A DNA stretch of 61,958 nucleotides, the filler included, from Choristocarpus tenellus KU-1152 (taxonomy: Eukaryota > Protista > Phaeophyceae), in NCBI GenBank assembly GCA_964200185.2. It is 12 parts of 12 records of this genome, joined end to end, with 100 filler letters (N's around TTAATTAATTAA, not from the genome) between each part and the next. Parts side by side here need not be neighbours in the genome. Positions count along the whole stretch, not along the records: positions 1 to 11,802 come from CAXNAD020002132.1; positions 11,903 to 15,010 come from CAXNAD020022279.1; 10 more parts are not named here. The stretch is one strand, 5' to 3'. A program made the position numbers and the translations under genes. Positions 1 to 12,868 of the stretch are shown here, piece by piece. The notes under the pieces are model-generated. The model saw only the letters and a program-made list of their open reading frames with translations. It was not told the DNA's origin and ran no database searches. Each line of letters starts with the position of its first letter. Positions within the stretch are counted from its first letter, which is position 1.

Positions 1-34
1 CAACGGATGACTCCTCCTCCTCTGCCCCTAGCAG

Positions 35-3000
35 GCCTTGAGACACCCATTCCAGAGCTGAAGAAGGATTTCATGTGGGGAGTAGCGGTGCTTGTGATGT
101 TTGCGGCCATGGCGTTAGCAGTGGCATTCGTTACGCACAACAGAGTGCAACGCAAAGATGAGCATGGTGAGTGCAGGGGATAGGGGTGACCAAGGGGTCA
201 GGGATTGGAAAGTGGGAAAACTGCATTCGCTACTACTAGCAATTACGTACTTCCAAGTATCTGGAGTGTTGTTTTTGGGCTAGCCAAGAGCGGCGTTTCT
301 GGTCGTGAATGTTAAATTAAAAGAGGATCAGAGGGGAGGTTAGTTGGGTAAGCACATTTACTTTTCTTCCTCAAATATGGTATATATTTTAGAGCACGTT
401 GGACCCTGTTTGCCGAAAATGAGAGAATAAAGATAATAGAATTAGTCGATCGGAATGTCTGTACTTTAAACATGCTATATAACTGTGTTTGCTTTGGAAA
501 AAAACTGCATATTACTGTATATTGTGGTTCAAAGTTACCTTGATATTGTTTTGTGGAAATTAACAAGTTAACTACTCCAGAGTAGATATTTCAACACAAA
601 CAGGGCTCTTTGCTTCTTCTCTCCAAAGAAATTCGCAACTCAATCAACATCTGCTCCTGAGGTATGCGCCCATCCATCTATATAGTATGTACTTGTTAAT
701 ACTATTGTTAGAGTATTCGAGAATAGAACGACAAAATATTTCCAATTGTACATGATAAAAGTTGTGTGAAGAGTTGTAAAAAAGAGGAGTAAGTATTCTC
801 TCGATTGTCCTGTTTGTGTAGAATAGAGGTTGGAATTTTCTACAGTAAAAAAAAAATGTATTGCAATACCCCATGCCTGAAACTCCATGCCTGACGGATA
901 TCATGTGCATGTTGTTTCTGGAGGAGAGGAGAGTCAAAATATCTGAGAGGGTAGAGCTGCGTCCATTCGGGGATCAAAATTCAATTTTGAGATTTTGATT
1001 TATAGTTTTGGCTATCGTGTTTGTTAAGAATTGTCGATATCCTTATTCTGGACACACTTTTTAATATCATACACATTTTACCTACTCTGAAACATTTAGA
1101 GGTAGGAAAATGTTATAAAAAACCCGTGGGAAGTCAAGCCGCAAATGGACAAATATGGGAAAACTCCTACCCTCTGAGATACTTTCACCCAGGAGTATTG
1201 CTGTTCTGACAGTTCATTCAGAAGGGGTTACGTCCAGTTACTTTTGGGGAGGGAGGGGTATAGTTGTGCAGGGACACAACAGGCACCCTTGATATTTTTT
1301 TGCCTCTTAACGTTGAAAATTCATATCCAACACCACAATTAACCTGCCACTGGGTTCAATGCCATCTCAGGGGTATGTGTGTGTGAATGCTGTATGTGTT
1401 TATTTATTTGCTTGTTTGTCTTTATCTACAGCAAAAACATTGAGTTCCAATATATTTGTGTGCCCCTTGGGTGTCTGCTCCGTTCCAACCAAGTGAAATA
1501 ATAGTCAAAACAAAATCCGGAAGCGTTTATGGGGAGGAAGGAATGAGACTCTCAAGCCAGGAATGTTCCTACTCAAACAGAATACCATTGTGCTGTCGAT
1601 CATACCTCTATATCGGACTATCAGTTTCTCCCTTTTCCGTTATTATAATACTTGACCCCAAGACTACCAGTTATAGAACAGCTGTAAGCAACAGTAACTT
1701 GACAAGTTACAACTACTTCATCGCCAGACGCTCGCACAACTACACATAAAACTGTCTCGTATCCTACAACTATAATTTTGACTTATTGAATTGCAACAGA
1801 TGTCTGGAACTTGTGCAGATTTAGACTGCTATTTGTGTGAGTATGAAAAAAGATAAAAGAGATTGGCCTCACACAATTCCTCTTCGCTGAACGCGATGAA
1901 ATAGTTAAAACGAGAAGAGTGATATTATTATACGTGGTGGGGCTTTGTTTAGCACCTGTTTTTTCTAGAGTAACTAAAAAGAAGCACCTAAAACGTTTCC
2001 AGAACACTCAATCACAAATATAGAAAGCGTCTCCAATATGTGAACTTCAACCTACAAATAATTGTCAATAAATAGCCTGCTAAGATTTGAACTACTATCC
2101 TAAATACTTTCGGTTACATATTACTCTAATTGATACTTCAACTCTCACACACTACACTCATCTTATTAATAAAAAGTCTACGGCGTCTTCTACCCGCTTC
2201 TTGCGTAATCGCTTGGTTAAAATGTCATCAAGTTGCAGACCAGTTGGTATGTACCTCGTTTCAAAAAGTCCTGACTTAAATATTCGCTTGTACATTTTCA
2301 ACTTAAGGTCAACATGCCTCGTCCTTCCTTAAAACGTCATACTTGTCACTGCCTGTATTGCCCCTTGGTTATCTCGCCATACAAAATTTTACTCCTTGTG
2401 GTACACTAAGCTCCCCCAGGATTCCTCTGATATAAATCGCGCGTCTCATCTTTTGTGCCATTGCTGCTCACTCTGCTTCGGATATAGATAGGCTTGTTGT
2501 TCTTTGCAATTTCAATCTCCACGTGATCGGTGTTCCATTGAACAATAGTAGGTATCCTGTGACGCTGTCTCAATACAGGATCGTTGTCCCAGTCTGAGTC
2601 CCCATAACCAATGAGAATTTTACAGTCTGTTTCTCATCCAGCGCAGTAGTGTATCCCCACATAGGTGGAGCCTGCAGTGTAACGCAGTACATGCTGCAAT
2701 CCCTTCCAGTGCCACCTGCATGGTGATGAAGCAGTGCGACCTAGCTACATTAAGGAGCCAGAGAGATCTGGTTGAGTCATTCCTGCCAGAAATATCAATT
2801 TTCCCAAAGTAGTGCGATAGGGATAACACCCTTGATCCAATTCCTCTTCATCCTCACATCGTGGTTCAAATCCATTCCTGGGTCCAATGATGATCCTGTT
2901 GTTCGTACCTCCACTGATCCTATTCCTTCCATGACAATACTCTCTGCAAGGAGTTGTTGGTGTAGTGTGATACCAGTCTTTTCTCTCTTGATTGCTATTC

Positions 3001-6000
3001 CAATCAGCTTGTCTGTGGTGCGCCAAGGTTCTCCCCTTCATACTTCTTTAGCAGGAATGACCTCATCCTTTCAGTCTCCTCCATGCAAGTGAAAGTATCT
3101 TAGAGGGTACGATTTTTGCCCTGTTTGTCCATATGGGACTTGGTTTTCCACAGGTGTTTTGTGACTTTTTCCTACTCCGATATGTTTCAGAGTAGGTAAA
3201 TTTGCACGTGATGAAAAGGTGTGTCCGGAACAAGGATATTGACACTTCCTCAAAAACATGATAGTCAAAATTACATCAAAATCGGAACATTCGAATTTGA
3301 CCCCGAAATGGACCCGGCTCTACCCTCTAAGATACTTTGGCTCATGCAGTCCCCGGTTAGAGAGGTGTCGTCCACACATTGTGGAATAGGGTAGTGATTC
3401 GCCCATCCTTGCTCCACTTGAAGTATATGCAGTCATCAAACTGCATGGTGTTCCATCCGTCATCGAGAATCGTCTTCTTCAGTTCCCTGTACTATTCATG
3501 AGCTAATTGCTTTTGGCCCTAAATCCTTGGCAGCCTTGACAACCATACCGTCAGGCAGTTGCAGCATATGCCCTCAGAGAGTGTATTTCCAAGTTATGAG
3601 CTGCAGCACTGTCCTAATCATATCGAAGCTAATCACTGGGTTGTCACTGGGTTGAACCTGCTAAAGTAGTCAACACCCTCCCATTAGGGAAGCCCTGTGC
3701 CACCAGCCTGGTCTTGAATCGTTCGATAGTCCCTTCTGTTGAAGTATTCCACACTGGACCCGCGGCTTTGGTTCTTTGATGAAGTACAATGAATAGCTTA
3801 ATGTAGATATGCAATATTAGTGTTACAAGAGGCTTATGGTCTCGATTCCGCGGACTGAATTGGTGGGGTGAGACAAGCCTAGATTACGATTATTATTCCT
3901 ATAGTGTGGGGTTTGCAATCGTCCACACTATTTGCTATGAATCACTTATTTAACTTGCTTCAGTACAGCAAGTGTATCTTGCACATGACATGAATCAATG
4001 GACAATAGTGAGTCAGTACATATAGTATATCTATCACTGGCTCTCCATCATATTATCTAATCCACCGGTGGTGTCTATAGTGTATCAGCAGCACTATCTA
4101 CGAACACCTTCAACTGTCCACTTTATCTTGAATACAAACTTGGTCTTGACAGGTTTCCTGCCCTCTGGCAAACCCCCTCACTCTATGAATCTTCATTTCA
4201 TCCATTGTGCCTCCATCTCCTTCTCCATGGTCATTTGCCATTCTCTCATGTCAGGCCCCGTGATCGCTTCTGCTATAGAAGATTGTTCTTGATGGTGTGG
4301 AGTATTGTTGCCAGCCAAAACCATCAGAGTGAAAGTATCTTAGAGGGTACGAGTTTTGCCCTGTTTGTCCATTTGAGGCTTGGCTTCCCATGTTTTTTTT
4401 AATGCCATTTTCCTACTCCAAAATGTTTCGGAGTACGTAAAATGTATGTTATGAAAAGGTGTGTCCGGAACAAGGATACTGACACTTCCTGACAAACAGG
4501 ATAGCCAAAATTTCATCAAAATCGCAACATTAGATTTTGGCCCCCAAATGGACGCCCCCTACCCTCTAAGATACTTTGTCTCATCAAACAGTGTCAGTAT
4601 CCATCATCGGTGTTTGCCCTGAGCAAGTTGATTATGGTGTCGTCCAAGTCTCTTATTGTCCCAGAATGTAAACCTCTGTAACCCACCTGAGTTGTGTATA
4701 ACCTCTCCGGGCTGTCTGGGGCTTCAAACTCCCCTTCGCTGAGCTTCTCCGAATTGCACTCCTTGCATGTCTTGCATCTCATCTTGGAGACCACCGCAGC
4801 GTGTGTGATCTTCACTAGTCCACGCTTTTCCAGATGTTTGGTGGCTGATGGGTTGATGTGCCCCAATATGTTGCCTCAGTCATTAGGTGTTTTAGCTTCT
4901 GACTCTTCCTTACAAATAATGCATTTGCCTTCCTCAGTTTCCTTTCCACTGTTCACTTGAGATGTAGAAATCAACTCAAATTCTCCAGATTTATTTGTGA
5001 ACCGTTCCACAAAGTCCTCAGGTAGCTTGTTCTTGATTCGGAGTCCTTAAATTCTCCACCTTCTCGTCACAGGGTCCCAGTGCTCAATATTCGGCAAGGT
5101 ATACCAGCTACCCAAATTACCACCCTTGACCTCCCGTTCTTGCTCGTTGTTGATAGTGTCATATCCCCTGTCTCAGCCTCCAGCTTCCCATTGTTCCCGA
5201 AGGTGCAGCAGCTCTGCTTTGTTGCTCGTGTGTTGACCAGATCCTCTCTGTACATGGCGTGAGATGTACCCTTACTCCAGAGTTGCATAGGAGTTCGATC
5301 TCTTTGCCTCGCAATGAGATAGGCATCACTCGCTCACCCTCTTTGCTAGCTGTTACCTTGAAGGTTGAGAATGACGGCGTTGGATTCCTGTTGCCACCCC
5401 ATCCCTTTTGACATCCTCCTTCACTAAGGCCGATGTAGCTGCAGGTGGTGGAGGAAATTGCATAGCAGGTGTCATCCCTTGTGGTCGTTCTGCTGGTGGT
5501 TTGCCCATCAAATACGAGCGGCATTCTCTCGATCGATGGCCCGATTTGAGACAGTGAGCGCATTGATCAGTCTCAAGATACCTTGGTGACCCATCGCGAT
5601 CGTCCAAGAGTTGGTCCCTTGTTGTGCTCTGTTACGGCCGTTACGTTTCATTCCCTTCCTGGTCCGAATGTAGGTGTGATAATGCTGAGGTGATTGCCTG
5701 CTTCAGCTCCTCATAGCTTGTAATGGGTCTTAGCTCCGTAAAAATATTTGGCATGGCATCCTTGATGCCCAATAGTATCATAGTCTTCTTATGAATTTCG
5801 ACTTCTTTTCTTCCAGCTGCTCAAATCCTGTTAATACTTTTTCGAGTTGGACTGCGAAGTCCATAATGTCGGAAGACGAGGAACACCGTATTTCCTGGAA
5901 GCGTGCTTTCAGAGAAATAATTTGTACGGGGACCTTGTCCACCGGATAACCTCCGTAGACTCTCTCTAGTTCCATCCATGCTCCACTGCCACCTGGATTC

Positions 6001-9000
6001 TCATCATTTTCGAATCTCTCCAAGATCGCTGCTGCGGACCTCTTGTCACTTGGACCAGCAGAAAATTCAAAAGTCCATTGTTATTCTTTGAGATCTGATG
6101 TGATATTCGTTCCTTTCGGTGAGTTCAGGGACCTCGTATCATTATCGACGCAAAATGCCGTACAGTCCCTTTCACTGGTGTGATCCACCGCAGATAGTCT
6201 CCGTGTTGTCCAGGTCTCCACTGACTGACCTGGTGCTGCAGTCCAGATGGGCAAGTTCTTCGTATTGTTCTCCTTGCCGTTGAGGCTCATAACCTGTGCA
6301 GATTTATGCTGCTATTTGTGTAAGTATAGAATAATAGAAAAGAGATGGAAGTCTCACATTCCCCCTTTGCTGGACGTGTTGAGATGTTTGAAAGAAGAGG
6401 AGTGATGTTATTATACATAGGGGGGATTGGTCTCTAACACCTGTTATCTCTACAAGCAATCATCAAAAAAAGAGAAGCACTTAAAATGTTTCCACAAAAC
6501 TCCACGATATAGAAATCCCCTTGACACACCTGCAAACAGCTGTACATACGCACATCCCAATTTTCGTCCTGTCCTCTCCAGGTCACACTGTTAGCTTCTT
6601 CGACTCTTTGAAGAACGAGGATGAGGGTGAGGGTGAGTGTATTACTCCTGTGGGAGTCAGGTTCTGGAAAGTCATTGTATTGTTACGTGTTTGTGAAATA
6701 CATGAATAAACTTGAGTACCTGATTAAAATAGGGGTGATTTACAGGATGACGTAAACTGTACCCTTTATCACTACATAGCCATTCCATCTGAGTGTATGT
6801 TTTTAGCCTTCACATCTAATTGTACCTCTCTTCTATTATTTGATATAGTCTTATTGTACGTGTTAAGCGAGTAACCAGAACGGTGTTTTACGTAGTGTAT
6901 CTGCACGTGAAAGTAGTCCGATGATACCAATTCCATCTTTGATGTATCTAGTTCTGGTCACATTCCAATCTGCTTGGTTTTGAATGTCCCCCTCACTTCG
7001 TCCATCCCATTTTTCCACCATCCCATTTTCAGCATGGTAGTAACTATTTATACAAAAGAGAGAAGCGGGACAAAACGTTATCACAGATCAAAACAGTATG
7101 CACACCACGCACGAACAACACGCACAGATAAATTCATGTGTATGTACATTCAAAAATCAAACAGGCAAGTATAACCCTAAGCCGGGGGCAGACCTGTACA
7201 ACACCTTCAAGGATGACTATGAGGGCGATGACAAGTGAGTTACTTTGGTATATATTTGGAACGTTCCCCCAAGAAAACTTTGCGTCCCTTCCTTGACTAT
7301 CTCATAGATTCTTAATTGAACAGCGCCCACCTGTAGCCTGCAGGCATTTTTGCTGCCTTTCAAATCATGATCAAGGACTGCGCTCGATATACAATGGTGT
7401 CGATATGCAATGTCTGCAGGTATCGCCCTTTACCTGCCCAAATCGAAACTGATGGTTGTTCTAACAGTGAAGCCTCCGACATAGATTTGCCAGGACTGAT
7501 GACAATAGTGTGAAAAATATGGCGAAAGATCACTCTCTTGCGCTAATACACGTCCTCTAAGATGCATACCTTTTGGCATGCAGTAGAGCTTTAGCACATA
7601 ACCTCAAGAAGAGAGTGAAATCTTTCAAGAAAAAGAACCCAGCAATCCAGAGTACGTGGAGCAAAAAGTTAGTGCTGCAGTGTGAACATCTCCCTGAATA
7701 TCGGACGTCCCAGTGCTCACCACATGGATTACTACCAGATGCTTTGATCGCCATTGGTGCTATTGGGATCTTGTTAGATTGTTTTTTGCTGTTGATTTTT
7801 GAGTGGCACTATTATTGGCATTCAGAAAAGGGTTTGTAGGATTATGAAGAAGAAATAGACACTCCCCTCCTAGTTCGTCCCCTAAGAATCGCTGTGCATA
7901 TATCTCTTGTTGTTTGATTCCGTACAATAACTGGAAACATACACAGGGATCCGTTGAAGCAGGCGCTGCTTCGCAGGGCTGTGATGAATGTACTGATGGT
8001 GAAGGTGAGGCAACAATAATGGACTGTCGTCATACCCTATTAATGTTTATACAGACATGCACACAGTCTCAATCTTTTCTCAAAGCACACAGAGATGAAT
8101 GAGATATTTTCTCCAGTAACATTCAAAGCTTAGTGCTGATTATAAGCCAAGGCAAACAACGCTTGTCACACATCTCTTGCTGCAAAATTATTGAATTAAT
8201 GTAACCAACATATATGGTAACACCTGCACAACTGTTCCCGCTGCACTCCAGCACCTCACTGTGTCCATCAATAATATTTAGCTTTAAAAAAATGTGCATA
8301 GGTATAATCTAGTACTTACATACATACATTCACATATTTATATGCAAGTTTATGAGTATGCTTGTGTGTAAAGTGCAGACCTCTACAAAAACTAGTTTTG
8401 AGTCACAGTTTTGAACACCTGCACAACTGTTCCCGCTGCACTCCAGCACCTCACTGTGTCCATCAATAATATTTAGCTTAAAAAAAATGTGCATAGGTAT
8501 AATCTAGTACTTACATACATACATTCACATATTTATATGCAAGTTTATGAGTATGCTTGTGTGTAAAGTGCAGACCTCTACAAAAACTAGTTTTGAGTCC
8601 CTACCCAAGCCTTGCCTCTCTTGTGGGCTCCTAGCCACTGGGAATCTGAGAACTGTGTTGGTGAACAATGGGCAACGTGCACAACCGCAAGGTTTGCTTA
8701 ATTATGCCTTGAACACTGCACACAATGAGTCCAAGAAACCACCGCAATAGTTTAACAATGTGCAGCAAAGAACTCTTTTGCTTTGAGGAAACCATGCAAT
8801 CATTTATTTTGAGGGGATACATCACTGATTGTCCGACCCCACGAAATATATGCAGGGCCAAGTAACCCTATAGATACACCAAAGCCAAATATGCACCAAG
8901 ATACCATTTATAGCAAAGTATTATTGTCCAGAAGACCTAACCAAGAGTACTTGTGCATCAAGATGTGGTTAGAGCTATATATTAGCTACTGTTAAGTGTT

Positions 9001-9651
9001 ATAGTAATGCATTGTACTACACAATATTTCTGCTGAGCAAATTATGCAGTCTGAAATAGTTACCAATAATTGTTAAAAGATCTACAGTGATATATTTGAC
9101 TGTCGTGCAGACCAATGTGTTATGACGTATTTAAGCATGATCAAGCATGTTTCCCCGTTGTAGGCATAGTGCAAAATGATAACATAGTGGATAGAGTTCT
9201 TCATTAACCCCTTCAATATACTTTCTTCTCACTGTGAGACTTTTCAGCAGTATGAACCTGGTCCCGAACTACTTATTGCTTCAACAAGTGCACTATATTT
9301 CTGCTATAGGTTGCCAAGGCGATTTTTACTGGCTAAAGCAGTACACTATGTTTGTTGTGCTGCCTAGTTTGGTCGTGATTCCCCTCATAAGTTAGATTTC
9401 AAACGTCTATCATTGTTTTTTTCAGTGTCTTGACACATCGCTCAAACCTCTCATCCTCCACCCATACACAACATGACCCCCAAATATACATGTGCTTTTC
9501 CTGCACCACACTCCATGCTTCGGCATTTTGGGGTTGTGATTGTGTGGTGTTATGGGGCGAAAAAACAGGAAATTCAAGAGGACAGAATAGCTGCCAATAC
9601 CCTATACAAGACCTCAATGATTGATGCCAAGACACTGAGGAAATTCAAGCG
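35..9651 (+). CDS. SEC66: Sec66-like ER preprotein translocase subunit (partial, 4 exons)
   Basis: Phase-compatible GT-AG exons 35-166, 7165-7234, 7947-8004, 9569-9651 give LETPIPELKKDFMWGVAVLVMFAAMALAVAFVTHNRVQRKDEHGKYNPKPGADLYNTFKDDYEGDDKDPLKQALLRRAVMNVLMVKEIQEDRIAANTLYKTSMIDAKTLRKFKR. An N-terminal TM helix plus the K.ALLRRA motif resembles the Sec66 family. Confidence 0.75.
931..1190 (+). mobile_element. Sola2-like MITE family A
   Basis: TIRs GAGTCAAA(G)TATCT(T)AGAGGGTA / TACCCTCTGAGATACTTTCACCC; 4-bp TSD AGGA. Confidence 0.85.
3087..3343 (-). mobile_element. Sola2-like MITE family A inserted in the Copia RT
   Basis: Same TIRs as family A; exact TSD ATGC on both sides. Confidence 0.9.
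3737..4106. mobile_element. Solo LTR (370 bp) nested in the Copia RT
   Basis: TGTT...AACA ends and 5-bp TSD CCTTC; removing it restores KIKWTVEGTIERFK; inverted second copy at about 12062-12410. Confidence 0.85.
4327..4582 (-). mobile_element. Sola2-like MITE family A
   Basis: GAGTGAAAGTATCTTAGAGGGTA...TACCCTCTAAGATACTTTGTCTC; TSD ATCA. Confidence 0.9.
8219..8599. repeat. Near-perfect ~195-bp tandem duplication (intronic)
   Basis: AACACCTGCACAACTGTTCCCG... at 8219 and 8414. Confidence 0.9.
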
Positions 9652-11602
9652 GTGAGTTCTTAAGAATTTTAAGGGCGCTTCAATGCATATTATGTCAATA
9701 TGCCCACATGTCGAGATACAACCAACGCAAGAACCATATCTGCATTGCATGGTGATGTATTATCTATTCTACCTTGTAGTGTGTAAGACTGGTCTTTGAA
9801 TATCTTCACTCCTCTTCTCGAGTCATATATTTTTTTGTGCTGTTTAAACAAGAATGGCAAATTGTGCTTTACAACAAAAACAAGATGCTACATATATTTT
9901 ACTTTTACTTTACGCTTTTTGCAGAGCTATTTTATTGCAAGGTTTGAGACAATATGCCAGCACAGTTTGTTGCACCAATACTTTGAAGTAAAACTACGTG
10001 TGAGAAATGCCAACAATATGTTCCAGTGCCAAAAACATAATCTAAAGAGTAAATGTAAGACCAAGTTGTGAAACAATAAATCAGATATTGACATTATGCC
10101 GTGCATACAAGCCGAAAAAATCCACTCACATTGCATTGTGCAGATGTCGTTAAAGGGGAAGGGAAAGGCACATAATAGAAGATAACTGTTAAATGTCAAG
10201 CGACTAACGATTCAGTGGTACAACAGTTGTATCTCAGTATTTGACGCAACTCAACAACATAACAGTGTGGGTTGTATATTGCTTACAACAAAGAACTTTC
10301 CTTTACAACAGTACATTTAGTGTATCAATAACACTACGTTTAATGTTATTGAATAATATTTGAAAAGAGGTATCACTCACGTTTCACTTACAATTAATAG
10401 TACGCATAAGGAGCTAGTGGGTAGGAATCAAAACGCACTCATTAGGTCGCCTAATTTTAGAGGAAAAATTATATTTGCATGTCTCTTCACTGCATCAATA
10501 GTAAAACCCTCACAATTTATTGGCTCTGTGTGGTGTGTTGGAAAGATCGGGATCCTGGCGTTCTACAGGTATACTTCTCATTTTTAGGAGAGTGCTAGAG
10601 GTTCCACTGTTGTGGGTGGAAGTTTAGCCGTCTGTTTTAGGACCGTCAAATTGAGCATGCTATAATCTCGACCTCATGAAGTCGAATGAGGCAATGGGTT
10701 CCTCCATGCAGTAGATTGGAACCTCAAAATCAGGGATTCAAGGGGGTTTTCCAATATTCAAGAGCCGTTAATGAGATATATGTGATCCCCCACAAGGTAT
10801 CACAATTAGGGTTTTGAGGATTTTTCTGAAACTGTGGATTGTGTAAAAGGACAAGCCTGGTCTTACAGTCTAATGACATTGAATGGTGCATTGGAAAGAT
10901 CGGGATCTTGGCGTTCCACGTATATACTATTATTAGCAGGGGGGTCCTATCTCTCCTATCTGTGGCATAGTGGCGCCTAGAAGTTGAGTGGTTGGTTTGG
11001 GGATTGTCTAAATGCCTCGAGAATAACCTCGACCTGATGACGTACAATGAAGCAACATATATTTTCATGTGGTAGCTGGGAACTGCATGTGGCACCCCAC
11101 GGGTTCTCAGATTCGAATCGCTCATGGCCCTTTTCAAAATACAAGTGATCTTGCTCAGGGTCCATAATTGGGGTTCTGAGGGCTTTGCGACAGGCTGGAT
11201 CATGGGGAAGCACAAGCCCAGAAAGAACTCGAGCAAGGGACCAAATGTGAAAAAGGAGAAACAGAGAAAGGCTGAGCTGCTAGCCTAGACTACAGCTACC
11301 AAGTGTGCCTGGGTAACGATTTTAGACAGCTGAGGAAGAGCAAGCTGGGGGAGGAGAATTCATCACTCCCCCTGGGATTGTGGATGATATAGCCTGAATG
11401 TTGGGGATTGAGGAGGTTATAGAGAAGGGAATGCTGAAGAGGAGGAGGATATGAATGAAGAGGTGGATGAGAACGTGCCAGCTCGTGTAGAGGTTTAAAG
11501 AAAAAAAGAGTCTACATGAATTCAACACTTCAATACTTCAATACTTCAGTGAATCGAATATCAATGAAGAACAAGGCCTACATAGTGATATGCAGGGATG
11601 CA

Positions 11603-11765
11603 TACTCTCTCTGTCCCATACATCTGGACCATTAAGTTGTAGCTCTTCGGGATGACCTCCGATTACAAAATGGACCTTTGCGTTGGGTTTCTTGGAATAT
11701 TTTGCATTAAAAAAATACCTCTTACCTTTATTCGACACCGTCAACTCACCGATCTAGGGCTGCCA
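11603..11765. mobile_element. Stowaway/mariner-like terminal fragment
   Basis: TA-CTCTCTCTGTCCC terminus; homologous to 32826-32975. Confidence 0.7.
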
Positions 11766-11802
11766 TAGTCTACTTTGATGACCCAAAGTATCTGGGAGGG
11801 GG

Positions 11803-11902
11803 NNNNNNNNNNNNNNNNNNNNNNNNNNNNNNNNNNNNNNNNNNNNTTAATTAATTAANNNNNNNNNNNNNNNNNNNNNNNNNNNNNNNNNNNNNNNNNN
11901 NN
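11803..11902. other. Artificial contig spacer (also 15011-15110, 19663-19762, 22428-22527, 27031-27130, 33395-33494, 40262-40361, 43412-43511, 47874-47973, 54591-54690, 59094-59193)
   Basis: Identical N44-TTAATTAATTAA-N44 linker with stops in all six frames, 11 times. Confidence 0.99.
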
Positions 11903-12061
11903 GAAGTAACTGATTAGTGGTTTCCACACTTACAATGTTTTATAGTGTTCTTATGTTTAGGATATTTTATTTCTTTAGGGCTAATAACGACATGCATATA
12001 TATATATATAGTTTTCATTGGTTTCCCCCCTGACACATCTACAAAATGTCAGAGGGCATAA

Positions 12062-12410
12062 TAATATAGACACCACTGGTGGATTATGTGATAGGGTAGA
12101 GAGTCAGTAACAGATATATTATATGCATTGACTCATAGTGTTGATTGGTTATATCATGGTCAAGATACACTTCCTATACTTAAGATAAGTAAATAAGTGA
12201 TTCATAGTAAATTAGTGTGGACGATTACAAACCCCACACTATAAAGTAATGGTGGTAGTTAAGGCTAGAGTCTCACCCACGAGCTCAGTCAGCAGAATCG
12301 AGACCACAAAGAACCTTGTAATATTAACCTTACTCATCTATATCAATCTGTTCTTTATCCTTCATTAAAGCACCATAAAAGTCGCGGGTCCAGTGTGGGA
12401 TAGTTCAACA
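12062..12410. mobile_element. Second (inverted) copy of the 3737-4106 LTR family
   Basis: Reverse-complement similarity along its length (CGCGGGTCCAGTGTGG, GAATCGAGACCA, AATAAGTGATTCATAG). Confidence 0.8.
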
Positions 12411-12868
12411 TATAATACTGGAGGCTGGGTCTGGTGCATGCGCAGGATAATTAGAGATGTGTGACCAGAGATCGAAAGTGTTTTTCAGGTCCTATGAAAT
12501 CTGCCCTGGCTAGCTCTTCTTTCGGCGGCTGGTATACCCATTGGAAAATTACACCAGAGAAGGGGTTGACTTGGCAGACTAGGGGGATGGGGAGGTCAAG
12601 AGGTGATAATAGTACAATAGTCGGATCAAGAGATAGACTAGTCAGGATAGGGGGGGAAAGTAGTCAAGACTGATGTCAGAGTATGGAGTACTTGAGACAA
12701 AAAGGGTGCGGTCATTGATGACAGGACACACACCAAGAATAAGGAATGCGTCTACTGATGGAACATGCAGGTGATAAGAAGACACTACTCGAATTAAGCC
12801 CTAGCACTCTTATCCACCGGTGAACGGCAGAGGTTAACCCTGTTGTAGAAGAAACGAAAGATACGGTA

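Larger units (their letters stand above)
1812..6526 (-). mobile_element. Degenerate Ty1/Copia LTR retrotransposon inside the Sec66 intron
   Basis: Diverged LTRs starting TGTGCAGATTTA at 1812 and 6295; PBS GGTTATGAGCC (6284-6294, minus). Minus-strand remnants of gag (CAHCLKSGHRSREC zinc knuckle), protease, GAG-pre-integrase (GHINP...CKTC), RT (VFKIKW..GTIERFKTRLVAQG; PYRTTLGKLIFLAGMTQPDL) and RNase H, with many stops and frameshifts. LTR outer ends approximate. Confidence 0.9.

Noticed and set aside
10730-11236. 168-aa minus-strand ORF
   Set aside because: No recognisable domain; overlaps the diverged tandem repeat; probably a chance ORF
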